From a virus (Duplodnaviria > Caudoviricetes), in IMG/VR virus record IMGVR_UViG_3300048080_000322, positions 1 to 26,088 of that record: a stretch of 26,088 bases of DNA; one strand, 5' to 3'. Under the pieces are notes generated by a model that saw only the letters and a list, made by a program, of their open reading frames with translations, was not told the origin of the DNA and made no database searches. Below, piece after piece: positions 15,099 through 23,863 of this stretch; position 1 is the stretch's first letter; each line of letters begins with the position of its first letter. The position numbers were made by a program, and so were the translations under genes.

Positions 15099-17195
15099 GT
15101 GCCCGAGCGAAAGCCCAGGAAGTACCAGCCGGCGGCGCTGATCAAGTTCACCATCCAGTTGGAGGACTTCGCGGAGGTCACGAATCCCGACACCGAGAGC
15201 GAGCAGAAGCCTTTCCGCGAGCGGGCTGCGAAGCTGGACGAGTCGATCACCCGCGCTCGGGGCTTGCTCGCCACCGCGCAGAACTCGCAGAAGGATGGCC
15301 GTCCGATCAGCGTCGAGGTGTCCCGTCGCAGGCGTGTGCTCCGGTCCCTGGAGAAGTCGCGCCAGATCCTCAAGAAGCAGCCGCCCACCCCTGCCGCCTT
15401 GCCGACCGACCAGGGCAACGACTTCACGATCGTCGTGTACGTCGCTCCCATATCGCTCACTGTCGAGATCAATAGCTTCCGCATCGCGGACACGGTCATC
15501 GCGTCTTTCCCGTTTCTCGACGCGCCTTTCTACTCGTACACGATCCGGTCGGCGTTCATGGACGTGTTCATGGGCACCATGCCGGTCGAGGAGTTCGGCA
15601 AGCCCGACGCCTGGGTGCTGCCGCTCGACAGGGCCACGCTGATGTTCCGCGGCTACGTGGACTCCTGGGAGACCACGCACGACGACGCCGACGCCATGGT
15701 GCAGGTGCAGGCGCGCTCCTACGAGAGCGTGCTCATGGACGCCAAGGTCAATCCTCTGGCGAAGGCCCACCGTATCGCCGGTCAGGGCGAGAAGATCAGT
15801 GACTACGTGAACCGCATCCTGTCGCAGTTCCCGCAGACCAGCGGGAAGTTCGGAGATCAGATGCGCGCCGTCTGGTACGGCGCCGCAGCGGACCAGGAGC
15901 CGGTTCTCGACCGCAAGCGTCTCCTGCGCACGCTCCAGACCGCCAAGAGTCGAAACGAGACGCTGGGGCAGGTCCAGATCCCAGAGCCCAACGGGCAACA
16001 GGTAGCGCCCGACGCGGACACCGGGGGAACCGATCCTGGTGCGACTACGGGCGTGGCGGGCTCGCCGCAGGTCCCTTCGGGATCACCCGGGCAGGACATG
16101 TCCGTGTGGGACCTGCTGACCCAGGCGTGTGAACTTGCCGGCTGCATTCCGATCTACGACCCGAGCCTTCCTGCTGTCGGAGGTGTGGACCCTGTGAACT
16201 CGATCCTGCTCCGGCCGCCGCAGACGATCTACGAAGACGTGCTCGGGGGCGCGCGCATCCGGGGTGGTCCCATCGACGGATTCTCGCGAGAGTTCACGAA
16301 TCCGCGCAGCCAGTTCGGCGTGAAGTACCAGTCCGAGATTCGTCTGATGGTCTGGGGGCACAACGTCAAGAGCCTCAAGACCAGCCGCAAGCTAGGGAAG
16401 ATCAAAGCCCAGGCGGTCGAAGTCGTTTCCTACAACCCGGATGCGGCGCCGAAAGATCGCACCATCACCGTGCGCTACCCCGACATCAAGCGGCCCACCT
16501 GGACGAATGCCAAGGGCGGCAGCAAGATCGATCAGGTTTTCACGAAGGTCGTTCGCGGTGTGCGGGATCGTGACCTGCTCAAGCAGATCGCCGTGAGCAT
16601 CTTTCACCAGATCACGCGGCAAGAGGTGGGGGTCGTGATCGAGACCGACGACCTGGCCTCGTACATCGACCCGACCACGCCCGTGGACCCGAACGAGAAA
16701 ACCGACATCTTGAAGCTGCGTGCGGGGACACCCGTGCGGGTGAACGTGGCGCGCGAACGGAAAGAACTCAACAACCCGGGGGCCATCGTGATCTCCCCAC
16801 TCTCGAACATGTTCGAGAAGCGCAGCGACGAGATCATCCAGTTCTTGAAGCGGCAGAACGCACGCTTCGAGCGCAACGCCAACGACGCGCGGGCCATCGA
16901 GCGCGTGGCGGTGCGCCTGGCCCGTGCGTTCTCTTCGGCCAGATTGACCGACGTGTTCTACTGCCGATCGGTCTCGCACAAGTTCGAGGCGGACGGGGGG
17001 TACTCGGCTACCATGGAACTCGTGAACTACCTTGAGGCGCGCTCGGACGCGAAGAACCTGGGCAAACTGGATCAGCAGGCGAACGACCAGCGCAAGACCC
17101 ACAAACTGGCCAAGTCCGAGGTGGAGCGCCGCAAGGAAGCCGCCGCCAAGACCAGGGCCAACGTGCGCCGCGCGGAGCAGGAGCGGAGAACCTGA
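15099..17195 (+). CDS. Baseplate hub protein (T4 gp27/P2 gpD/Mu gp44-like, 698 aa)
   Basis: MFRGYVDSW, SVWDLLTQACELAG and FYCRSVSHKF..GGYSATMEL motifs; AGGAG RBS; synteny. Confidence 0.75.
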   Translation: MPERKPRKYQPAALIKFTIQLEDFAEVTNPDTESEQKPFRERAAKLDESITRARGLLATAQNSQKDGRPISVEVSRRRRVLRSLEKSRQILKKQPPTPAALPTDQGNDFTIVVYVAPISLTVEINSFRIADTVIASFPFLDAPFYSYTIRSAFMDVFMGTMPVEEFGKPDAWVLPLDRATLMFRGYVDSWETTHDDADAMVQVQARSYESVLMDAKVNPLAKAHRIAGQGEKISDYVNRILSQFPQTSGKFGDQMRAVWYGAAADQEPVLDRKRLLRTLQTAKSRNETLGQVQIPEPNGQQVAPDADTGGTDPGATTGVAGSPQVPSGSPGQDMSVWDLLTQACELAGCIPIYDPSLPAVGGVDPVNSILLRPPQTIYEDVLGGARIRGGPIDGFSREFTNPRSQFGVKYQSEIRLMVWGHNVKSLKTSRKLGKIKAQAVEVVSYNPDAAPKDRTITVRYPDIKRPTWTNAKGGSKIDQVFTKVVRGVRDRDLLKQIAVSIFHQITRQEVGVVIETDDLASYIDPTTPVDPNEKTDILKLRAGTPVRVNVARERKELNNPGAIVISPLSNMFEKRSDEIIQFLKRQNARFERNANDARAIERVAVRLARAFSSARLTDVFYCRSVSHKFEADGGYSATMELVNYLEARSDAKNLGKLDQQANDQRKTHKLAKSEVERRKEAAAKTRANVRRAEQERRT

Positions 17196-18058
17196 TGCCG
17201 GCCCCGGGGCAGGCCGCGCGCAAGGGATTCGGCACGAACATCCGCCGCGTGGCGGACACGCGCCGGCTCGCCAAGGCCCTGACGTCGGCCGGCATCGACC
17301 CGCGCCAGTGGGCCTCCTACGGCACCGTCTGCACGGTAGGCGACGACGGGGAATGCGACTTCTCCGACAAGCGGGCGGTCTACGTCGGCCCCGAAGGCGT
17401 CGAGGTGGACGTGGTGCTGGAGCCCCTACGCATCCCGGTCGTGGCCCACTACGCCGGCATCCAGGGCGGGTGCGAGACGACGTTCTACACGCCCATCCGC
17501 CCGGGTGACCGCGTGCTCCTGGTGCTGCCCGACGGCGACCCGAACCTGCCGCCGGTCATCACGAACATCCTGCACTCGGCCGACTGCAAGGTTCCGATCG
17601 CGGACGGCAAGCCGATCTTCAAGAACGACCGCGTGCTGCTGTACGCCGAGAACGTTGATGTCGATCTGCGAACGAAGGGTGGGACCCAGGTCGAGGTCAA
17701 GCAGGACGGGGCGATCAATGTCAATGTCCCGACCCTGCTCGGAAAGGTAAACCTGGGCCGCGCTGACGCGGTCGAGCAACTGATCCTGGGCACGACGTAC
17801 CGCGGGCAAGAGGCCACCATGAATGGGACCATCATGGCAGCGCTCACGGCCATCACCGCGGCCTATGCCGCCTGGGTGGCTCCTGCCGCGGAGGGGTCGG
17901 TTGCCCCGCCTGGAGCGTTCCGCGCGGCTTACCCCGGCACGTCCGTGTTGATCGACACCCTGGCCGGCCCGTCCGGGGCAGCGGCGATACTTGCGGCGAT
18001 CGTGGCGTTCGAGGCGCAAGCGCTGACCTACCTTTCCACCATCACGAGGTCCAAGTAG
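17195..18058 (+). CDS. Baseplate central spike (gpV/gp5 OB-fold-like, 287 aa)
   Basis: YTPIRPGDRVLLVLPDGDPNLPPVI OB-fold motif followed by short beta repeats. Confidence 0.8.
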   Translation: MPAPGQAARKGFGTNIRRVADTRRLAKALTSAGIDPRQWASYGTVCTVGDDGECDFSDKRAVYVGPEGVEVDVVLEPLRIPVVAHYAGIQGGCETTFYTPIRPGDRVLLVLPDGDPNLPPVITNILHSADCKVPIADGKPIFKNDRVLLYAENVDVDLRTKGGTQVEVKQDGAINVNVPTLLGKVNLGRADAVEQLILGTTYRGQEATMNGTIMAALTAITAAYAAWVAPAAEGSVAPPGAFRAAYPGTSVLIDTLAGPSGAAAILAAIVAFEAQALTYLSTITRSK

Positions 18059-18898
18059 ATGCCCATCATCCGATCAGGCGGTCTTGGCTTCGAGGCGCTG
18101 GGCGACCCGTTCGGCGCGGGCGGCCCGCTCCACGTCGTGCGCGCCCTGGCGGTCGAAGGCCAGACCGTGCGCGTGGTCTTCGACGAGGAGCCGCTGCATG
18201 TCGGCGGTGCTGCACAGAACGACGCCCTCAACCCGGGCAACTACACGGTCGAGATCCTGACGGGCGAGGGCCAGGACCCGGTGGTCGTCGGCGTCAAGCC
18301 TGCCATGGTGACCGGCCCCGTGTACGGCGTCCTCATGGGGGACGAGCGCGCCTTCGACATCCAGACCGACCGCCAACTCGTGACGGGGCTCGTCTACGAG
18401 GTCACGGCGGCGAACATCAAGTCGAAGCTGGGCATGGGCCTGGGCTTTCCGTACTCGGCCACGTTCCCGGGCGTCGTGCCGGTCAAAAGCACGCTCCGGC
18501 CCACGCGCCAGCTCGAGAACATGGACCTGGCGAACACCCCCGTGCTCGGGGCCTTCACCGTGGACGACTCGGGCGACGTGGCGCCGCACGGGGGGTCTGA
18601 GGGCCTGCGCAAGCGAGTCGTGCGGCGCCTCGTGACTCCAAAGGGCGCCTTCGCGTTCCTGCCCACCTACGGCGTGGGGCTGCGGCTCAAGAACCCAGCG
18701 TCGAGCCGGGAACTCGTCCAGTTCCAGGCCGACGTGGTTCAGCAGCTCTCCGAGGAGCCGGAGGTCGCCACCGTGAACGTCAAGCTGTCCCATAACGGCA
18801 ATGGCGTGCTCACCGTGCAGACGCAGATCAAGACCCGGACGGGGCTCGCGCTGGAGGTGACGGCACAGAATACCGGCAACGGCATCGTGATAACGTAG
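18059..18898 (+). CDS. gp25/Mu gp46-like baseplate wedge protein with N-terminal Ig-like domain (279 aa)
   Basis: C-terminal LRKRVVRRLVTPKGAFAFLPTYGVGL...QLSEEPEV motif; N-terminal TVRVVFDEE..ALNPGNYTV Ig-like pattern. Confidence 0.75.
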   Translation: MPIIRSGGLGFEALGDPFGAGGPLHVVRALAVEGQTVRVVFDEEPLHVGGAAQNDALNPGNYTVEILTGEGQDPVVVGVKPAMVTGPVYGVLMGDERAFDIQTDRQLVTGLVYEVTAANIKSKLGMGLGFPYSATFPGVVPVKSTLRPTRQLENMDLANTPVLGAFTVDDSGDVAPHGGSEGLRKRVVRRLVTPKGAFAFLPTYGVGLRLKNPASSRELVQFQADVVQQLSEEPEVATVNVKLSHNGNGVLTVQTQIKTRTGLALEVTAQNTGNGIVIT

Positions 18899-18925
18899 GG
18901 CCTTCGTGGAGGTACTATTTTGGTG

Positions 18926-19606
18926 CTATTTTCGCGCGTGCGGGTGCCTCGGAGTTTCGAGAATCTTGTTATCCGACCATCCTCTGCGAACACGATGCAT
19001 CATGCCGGTCCAGGACAAGCCGAGCCGGTCTGCCCACGCAGCGGCCGGCAGGGTTTCTCCGCACAGCGTGATCAGGTGATTTCCTCGGCGGACACGGGAG
19101 TTGTCTCGTTTGTTCATTGCCTGCTCTTTCCGCGTCGCCCAGCGGCAGTTTCCGGGCTCATAGGGTCCATCGTTGTCGATGCGATCCAGGCTGTGCCCAG
19201 GAGATGGGCGCGTTCCCATGTCGGCGAAAAATGCGATGAACGATCCGCGCCAGCGTTCGCAGACGACGATGCCGCGTCCGCCGTATCTCCCGAAGTCCTT
19301 ATCGTTGAGGTTGTGGCAGCGGCTTTTCGCCGCCGCCCACGAAGCATGCTCTGGTATCTTGTGCAGGCCGTGTGTCTTAGCGTAAGTGTTTCCTCTGGTG
19401 CGTTCCTGACTGAGACATCCGCAACTTCTGGAACCGCCATTCAGCAATGGCTGTGTCGTGACGCGGCCTTCTCTCCCGCACGAGCAAAGGCATCTCCAGC
19501 GCACTGGCTTGACCTCTTTGATTTTCTCAATCACGGTCCAGCGACCGAAAGTTTGCCCCGTCAACTGGACCGCGTTGTGGGGGACGCTTCCTTTCTGGAA
19601 TGCCAC
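18926..19606 (-). CDS. HNH homing endonuclease, inverted relative to the operon (about 226 aa)
   Basis: LTGQTFGRWTV, WRCLCSCG, SRSCGC, YGGRGIVVCERW, SLDRIDNDGPYEPGNCRWATRKEQAMN; GTG 19606 preferred, TTG 19615 possible. Confidence 0.9.
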   Translation of the reverse strand: MAFQKGSVPHNAVQLTGQTFGRWTVIEKIKEVKPVRWRCLCSCGREGRVTTQPLLNGGSRSCGCLSQERTRGNTYAKTHGLHKIPEHASWAAAKSRCHNLNDKDFGRYGGRGIVVCERWRGSFIAFFADMGTRPSPGHSLDRIDNDGPYEPGNCRWATRKEQAMNKRDNSRVRRGNHLITLCGETLPAAAWADRLGLSWTGMMHRVRRGWSDNKILETPRHPHARK

Positions 19607-19641
19607 GGCGAACAAGATAGAACAGTTTTCTAGGATAGGCC

Positions 19642-20751
19642 ATGGGAGATTTGCCTACGCGCGCTGACTTTTTTTCCGTCGGGCGCAAGAGCATCGCCAT
19701 CACGTCGGGCCTGCGCATCAACCCGCGCGTCGTGGACATCCCCGGCTCGGACTTGAACATCATCCTCGGGGCCATGTCGCTCATGTCCGAGGAGACCATC
19801 GCGGCGCTCGCTGTCTGCTTGCAGGGCTCCTTCATCGAGACGGCGAGCGGCGATCAACTCGACCGCGTGGCCTTCGACCGCTTCGGTCTCGCGCGCCTGG
19901 CTGCCACGCCGGCCACCGTGGACCTGACCCTCACCCGGCCGGCGGCGGGCCCGGCCGGAACCTACCCGGCGGGCTCCCGCGTGCAGACGCCCACGGGGGC
20001 GCAGTTCGCGACGAACACGGATGCGGTCTTCGCGGGGGCCACGCTCACGGTCGCCGTCTCGGCCACGGCGCTCATCGCCGGCCCGGAGAACAACGTCGCC
20101 GCGGGGCTCGTGACCCAGTTTCTTGACGCGCCGTTCGATCCGACGCTCACGGTCACGAACGCGGCCGGGGCTGCCGGCGGGGCCGAGGCCGAGGATGACA
20201 TCGCCTTCCGGGGCCGCTTGCGGCAGTTCTTCCCGACTATCCGCCGGGGCGTCATCGGCGCCATTGAGTTCGGGGCCATCCAGGTGCCTGGCGTGGCCGT
20301 GGCGCGTGCCATCGAGGTCGAGAACGGCGGCACGGGCCTCCCGGCGGCAGCCGTGAGCCTGTTCGTCGCGGACTCGAACGGGCTTTCCACCGCGACCATG
20401 GTGCAGGCCGTCGTAGATGCGCTGATCGAGTTCCGGGCGGCCGGGATCCCTGTCCTGGTCACGGGGGGCGCGCTGGCGCCGCCGATCCCCATCACCTGGC
20501 GACTGGGCTTCGAGACGGGCGTCAACCAGGTCGAGGTGCAGGAGCAGATCCGGGCGGTGAGCATCGCCGTCGCCCAGTTCCTGCGCCCCGGCGAGACGCT
20601 CTACCGCTCGGCGCTCATTGCGGCAGCGCGCACGGTCCTCGGGGCGATCATCAACGACGGCTCCCTGGTCTCCCCCTTCGGGGACGTGACCCCGTTCCCC
20701 GGAAACCTCGTCATCCGCGTCCAGAACGCCGACGTGACGTTCGTGACCTGA
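19642..20751 (+). CDS. Baseplate J-like wedge protein (369 aa)
   Basis: TASGDQLDRVAFDRFGLAR..ATPATV, GGAEAEDDIAFRGR, QVPGVAVA motifs. Confidence 0.9.
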   Translation: MGDLPTRADFFSVGRKSIAITSGLRINPRVVDIPGSDLNIILGAMSLMSEETIAALAVCLQGSFIETASGDQLDRVAFDRFGLARLAATPATVDLTLTRPAAGPAGTYPAGSRVQTPTGAQFATNTDAVFAGATLTVAVSATALIAGPENNVAAGLVTQFLDAPFDPTLTVTNAAGAAGGAEAEDDIAFRGRLRQFFPTIRRGVIGAIEFGAIQVPGVAVARAIEVENGGTGLPAAAVSLFVADSNGLSTATMVQAVVDALIEFRAAGIPVLVTGGALAPPIPITWRLGFETGVNQVEVQEQIRAVSIAVAQFLRPGETLYRSALIAAARTVLGAIINDGSLVSPFGDVTPFPGNLVIRVQNADVTFVT

Positions 20752-20758
20752 TTCCCCC

Positions 20759-22318
20759 ATGCCGCCTCCGATCCCGCCCACACCAGTGCGCCAGACGTTC
20801 CTGGACGTGCTGGCGCGAACGATGGACGCCGGCTGGCTGGAGGGGCTGCGCGCGGACGTCAACAGCAACGCAGTCCTGAACGCCCTGTTCGACATCGCGG
20901 TGCGCTCACAGGAGGCGGTCAACCGGGGTTGCGGCTCCGTCCTGATCTCGGAAGCCTCGGGCGGGCGCTCCGGGATCTGCGAGTTGACGCTGACGCGTGC
21001 GTCCACGGTCAACACGGTCACCATCCCCAAGGGCTACAAGTTCCGCGACGAGCGTGGGATCCAGTACATCCTCACCATGAACGTGCCGGTCATCGTCGGG
21101 CAGGCCGTCGTGGTCCTGCCGCTCGAAAGCGTCCGGCACACGGAACTCGTGAACACGGTGAACGACACGTTCGAGAGCGTGGCCGTGGGAGCGTTGCCGC
21201 CGGCATTCGTGGACCCCGATAGCCCCGAGATCCTCGACTCGGGCTTCGAGATCGTCCTTCGGCCCGAGCCTTTTCTGGTCTTCGGCGGGACGCTGCTCTA
21301 CACCTCGTCCACGCCCACGACGCTCGGGGCCTCGGACTACCTCTCGGCGCACGGACAGGAGCGCGGTCAGCTTCGGCAAGCCAGTGAGACCGAGCACGAC
21401 TTCCGACTGCGAGTGCGCAACATCCCGGACGCGGTCTCGCCGCAGGCCATCGCCCAGGCTGTCAACAGCATCGGCGCGGCCGTGGACGTCTACCCGATCA
21501 CGACGCAGGAGCCGTTCAATGATGGGGCGAGCGTGGCGCTCAAGGACAACCTGTACCTCGACTACTTCGACACCTACTTCGGATCCGCCACGGTGCCGGC
21601 GGCCGGGAGCCCGATCGTGGACTTCTTCGACGACATCTTCTTCGCGCCTTCACCGCTGCCCTTCGGGTTCGTGGTCCGCCCGCGCGACACCGTGAGCCGC
21701 CGCGAGGCCACCGCCTACTTCCGTCTGCTCACGCCCAACGTGCTCAAGGACCCTGACGGGCTGCGCTTCTTCGCGGACGTGTCGTTCCTCGACGATCCGG
21801 TGTGGGGCTACCTGGACGTGAACGACCACCCGCAGGTCATTGCCGCGCTCATGGCGATCTGGGAGGAGGCCAACCGCAAGCGCGCGGCGGCCGTGCAGTT
21901 CGACGTCCTGTGCCCCCTGCACCGCGACAAGGTGGGCGTGGGCAGCGTGGTCTCGGCCGTCGAGACCACGGTGTTTCTCATGGAGTCGGAGCCCGGCGCA
22001 GCGGTGCCCCTCGTGCCCGGGGACACCTCCTGGTTGCTCATGGACGCGGCGGCTGGGCACGACGCGGCGATCTCAGGCGGCTCGCCGTCGGCGGGCTCCT
22101 ACCACAAGCTGATGTTCACCTTCCACGACGCCACGACGTTCACGACGCCGGCCTTCTTCGGGATCTACACGGAGGATTTGTCCAATCGGATCCTGCTGGC
22201 GATGGGCTTTCCGTTCACGAAGCGGATCGCCCGGATCGAGGGCCTCGTGCTGGGAGATGGTGTAGAAACGCTCAACCTGGTCGCCACCGTTCGAGTTCTG
22301 GAGTTCATCGAATCCTAG
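20759..22318 (+). CDS. Second baseplate wedge protein (J-like/gpI-like, 519 aa)
   Basis: J-like segment LTLTR..TVTIPKGYKF and LSAHGQERGQLRQASETEHDFRLRVR motif; directly follows J. Confidence 0.65.
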   Translation: MPPPIPPTPVRQTFLDVLARTMDAGWLEGLRADVNSNAVLNALFDIAVRSQEAVNRGCGSVLISEASGGRSGICELTLTRASTVNTVTIPKGYKFRDERGIQYILTMNVPVIVGQAVVVLPLESVRHTELVNTVNDTFESVAVGALPPAFVDPDSPEILDSGFEIVLRPEPFLVFGGTLLYTSSTPTTLGASDYLSAHGQERGQLRQASETEHDFRLRVRNIPDAVSPQAIAQAVNSIGAAVDVYPITTQEPFNDGASVALKDNLYLDYFDTYFGSATVPAAGSPIVDFFDDIFFAPSPLPFGFVVRPRDTVSRREATAYFRLLTPNVLKDPDGLRFFADVSFLDDPVWGYLDVNDHPQVIAALMAIWEEANRKRAAAVQFDVLCPLHRDKVGVGSVVSAVETTVFLMESEPGAAVPLVPGDTSWLLMDAAAGHDAAISGGSPSAGSYHKLMFTFHDATTFTTPAFFGIYTEDLSNRILLAMGFPFTKRIARIEGLVLGDGVETLNLVATVRVLEFIES

Positions 22319-22330
22319 AGGGGAGCAAAG

Positions 22331-23860
22331 ATGGCCAACCCACTTTCGATCGTCATCGAGAACGCTCGCGAGGAGTTCCTGTCGTCGGACTTCACCCGCG
22401 CCGAGCAACTGGCGTCCACGCAGGCGCAGAACATCCTGCGGGATACGACGCGATTGCCCGACGCGGGGAACGCGCTCGACGACGGGGCGTTCAACGGCGA
22501 CAAGCAGAGCAATGCCTTCTTGATGGCGCCCACGTTGACGCCCGCAGCAGGGTTCACGATGGATCTCGGCGTCGGGCAACTCATGACCCAGGACGGGTCG
22601 GCCGACACCCTGGATGGGGACGGCACGAACTACTTCCCGATCCGCTGGATCGCGGATGTGCTCACCTTCGCGGCGCCCGATCCCGTCAACCCGCGGATCG
22701 ATCTCGTCGCCGTGGACACGGTCATCACGACGGTGAACACGGACCTGGAGAGCCGGAACATCCTGCTCGACCCGGTCCTGCGCACGGTAGCGCCCGCTTC
22801 CGTGCCCAAGACCCAGCACCCGCGCTCGGCCGTGAGCGTGGTGACGGGGACCCCGGCGGCGATCCCCCTGCCTCCGGCCATCCCGGCGGGCTCGGTCGCG
22901 TTGATGCTGGTGCACGTGCCGGCCGCCGCGCCCTCGTCGGCCACGTTCTCCACGGCGCGCGTGGCGACGCGCCTCACGTCCTATCCCATGAGCACGGCGC
23001 ACGGGATCTTCGCCGGCTGCAACTTCCTGTGGAGCGACGTGGATGACACCGTCGTGGACTCCGACCTGTCCCTTGCCGTGACCGAAGTCAACAAGGTGAT
23101 GATCAGCGGCGAGTTGCTGTCGTTTCACGGCGGTTTCGAGGCGAGTCCGCCCGAACCACCCCTCATCGTCCAGGCCAGCGGCGCGGATGATCCGTTCGCG
23201 GTCGCGGCGCCGGCCACGAACGACAAGCCCTACTACCTCTATGCCTGCGGCGGGCGCTTCGCTCCGTTCCTGGTTGGCCGGCGCGGGTTTCTGTTCGGCG
23301 GCGCGGATGCACTCAATCCGGTGGTGATCGTCGAAAGCCTGACGCCGCCGACTGTGGAGGGGTATGCGTCGGCGGCGCTCACGACTGCGCTCGGGACTTT
23401 TCCGACGCCTGCGACGCTGTTCGTGGGCTGCGGCTGGGTCACGAAGGGCACGACGTTCCGCAAGGCCATTACGCAGGATCGTGAATGGTTCTGGGCCAAC
23501 TCGTCGTTTATCGAGGGCACGGTTGCCCCGGTAATCGGGACAACAGACCTCACCTTGGCGTCGCGCCCCTTCGCGGGGATCTGCAAGTCGGCCATGATTC
23601 GCGCGCGGCTGCTCGTGGGTGCCGCTGGCGTGGTGCCCACGCGCTTGATGGCTTTCAGAAAGCGCACCGCTGTCCCTGTTTCCGAGTCACTTGCCGAGAT
23701 TTTTGTCACGGTGCTCAGCACGCATTTTGCGGGGTTGTTTCAAACCAACTTCGTGACGACGCCCGAACTCGTGTACACCACGACTACCGTGGCCGACGTC
23801 TTTGTCGAGCTGCACGCGCAGGCGTACAAGGTCCAGCTTCCCCGACTGAGATCCAGGTAG
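22331..23860 (+). CDS. Putative tail fibre/baseplate peripheral protein (509 aa)
   Basis: APDPVNPRIDLV...GTPAAIPLPPAIPAG motif common in tail proteins; GGAG RBS; synteny. Confidence 0.65.
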   Translation: MANPLSIVIENAREEFLSSDFTRAEQLASTQAQNILRDTTRLPDAGNALDDGAFNGDKQSNAFLMAPTLTPAAGFTMDLGVGQLMTQDGSADTLDGDGTNYFPIRWIADVLTFAAPDPVNPRIDLVAVDTVITTVNTDLESRNILLDPVLRTVAPASVPKTQHPRSAVSVVTGTPAAIPLPPAIPAGSVALMLVHVPAAAPSSATFSTARVATRLTSYPMSTAHGIFAGCNFLWSDVDDTVVDSDLSLAVTEVNKVMISGELLSFHGGFEASPPEPPLIVQASGADDPFAVAAPATNDKPYYLYACGGRFAPFLVGRRGFLFGGADALNPVVIVESLTPPTVEGYASAALTTALGTFPTPATLFVGCGWVTKGTTFRKAITQDREWFWANSSFIEGTVAPVIGTTDLTLASRPFAGICKSAMIRARLLVGAAGVVPTRLMAFRKRTAVPVSESLAEIFVTVLSTHFAGLFQTNFVTTPELVYTTTTVADVFVELHAQAYKVQLPRLRSR

Positions 23861-23863
23861 CCC

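Noticed and set aside
8700-23860. Stand-alone tailocin or eCIS locus
   Set aside because: Scaffold, major capsid and head-tail joining genes are in the same operon
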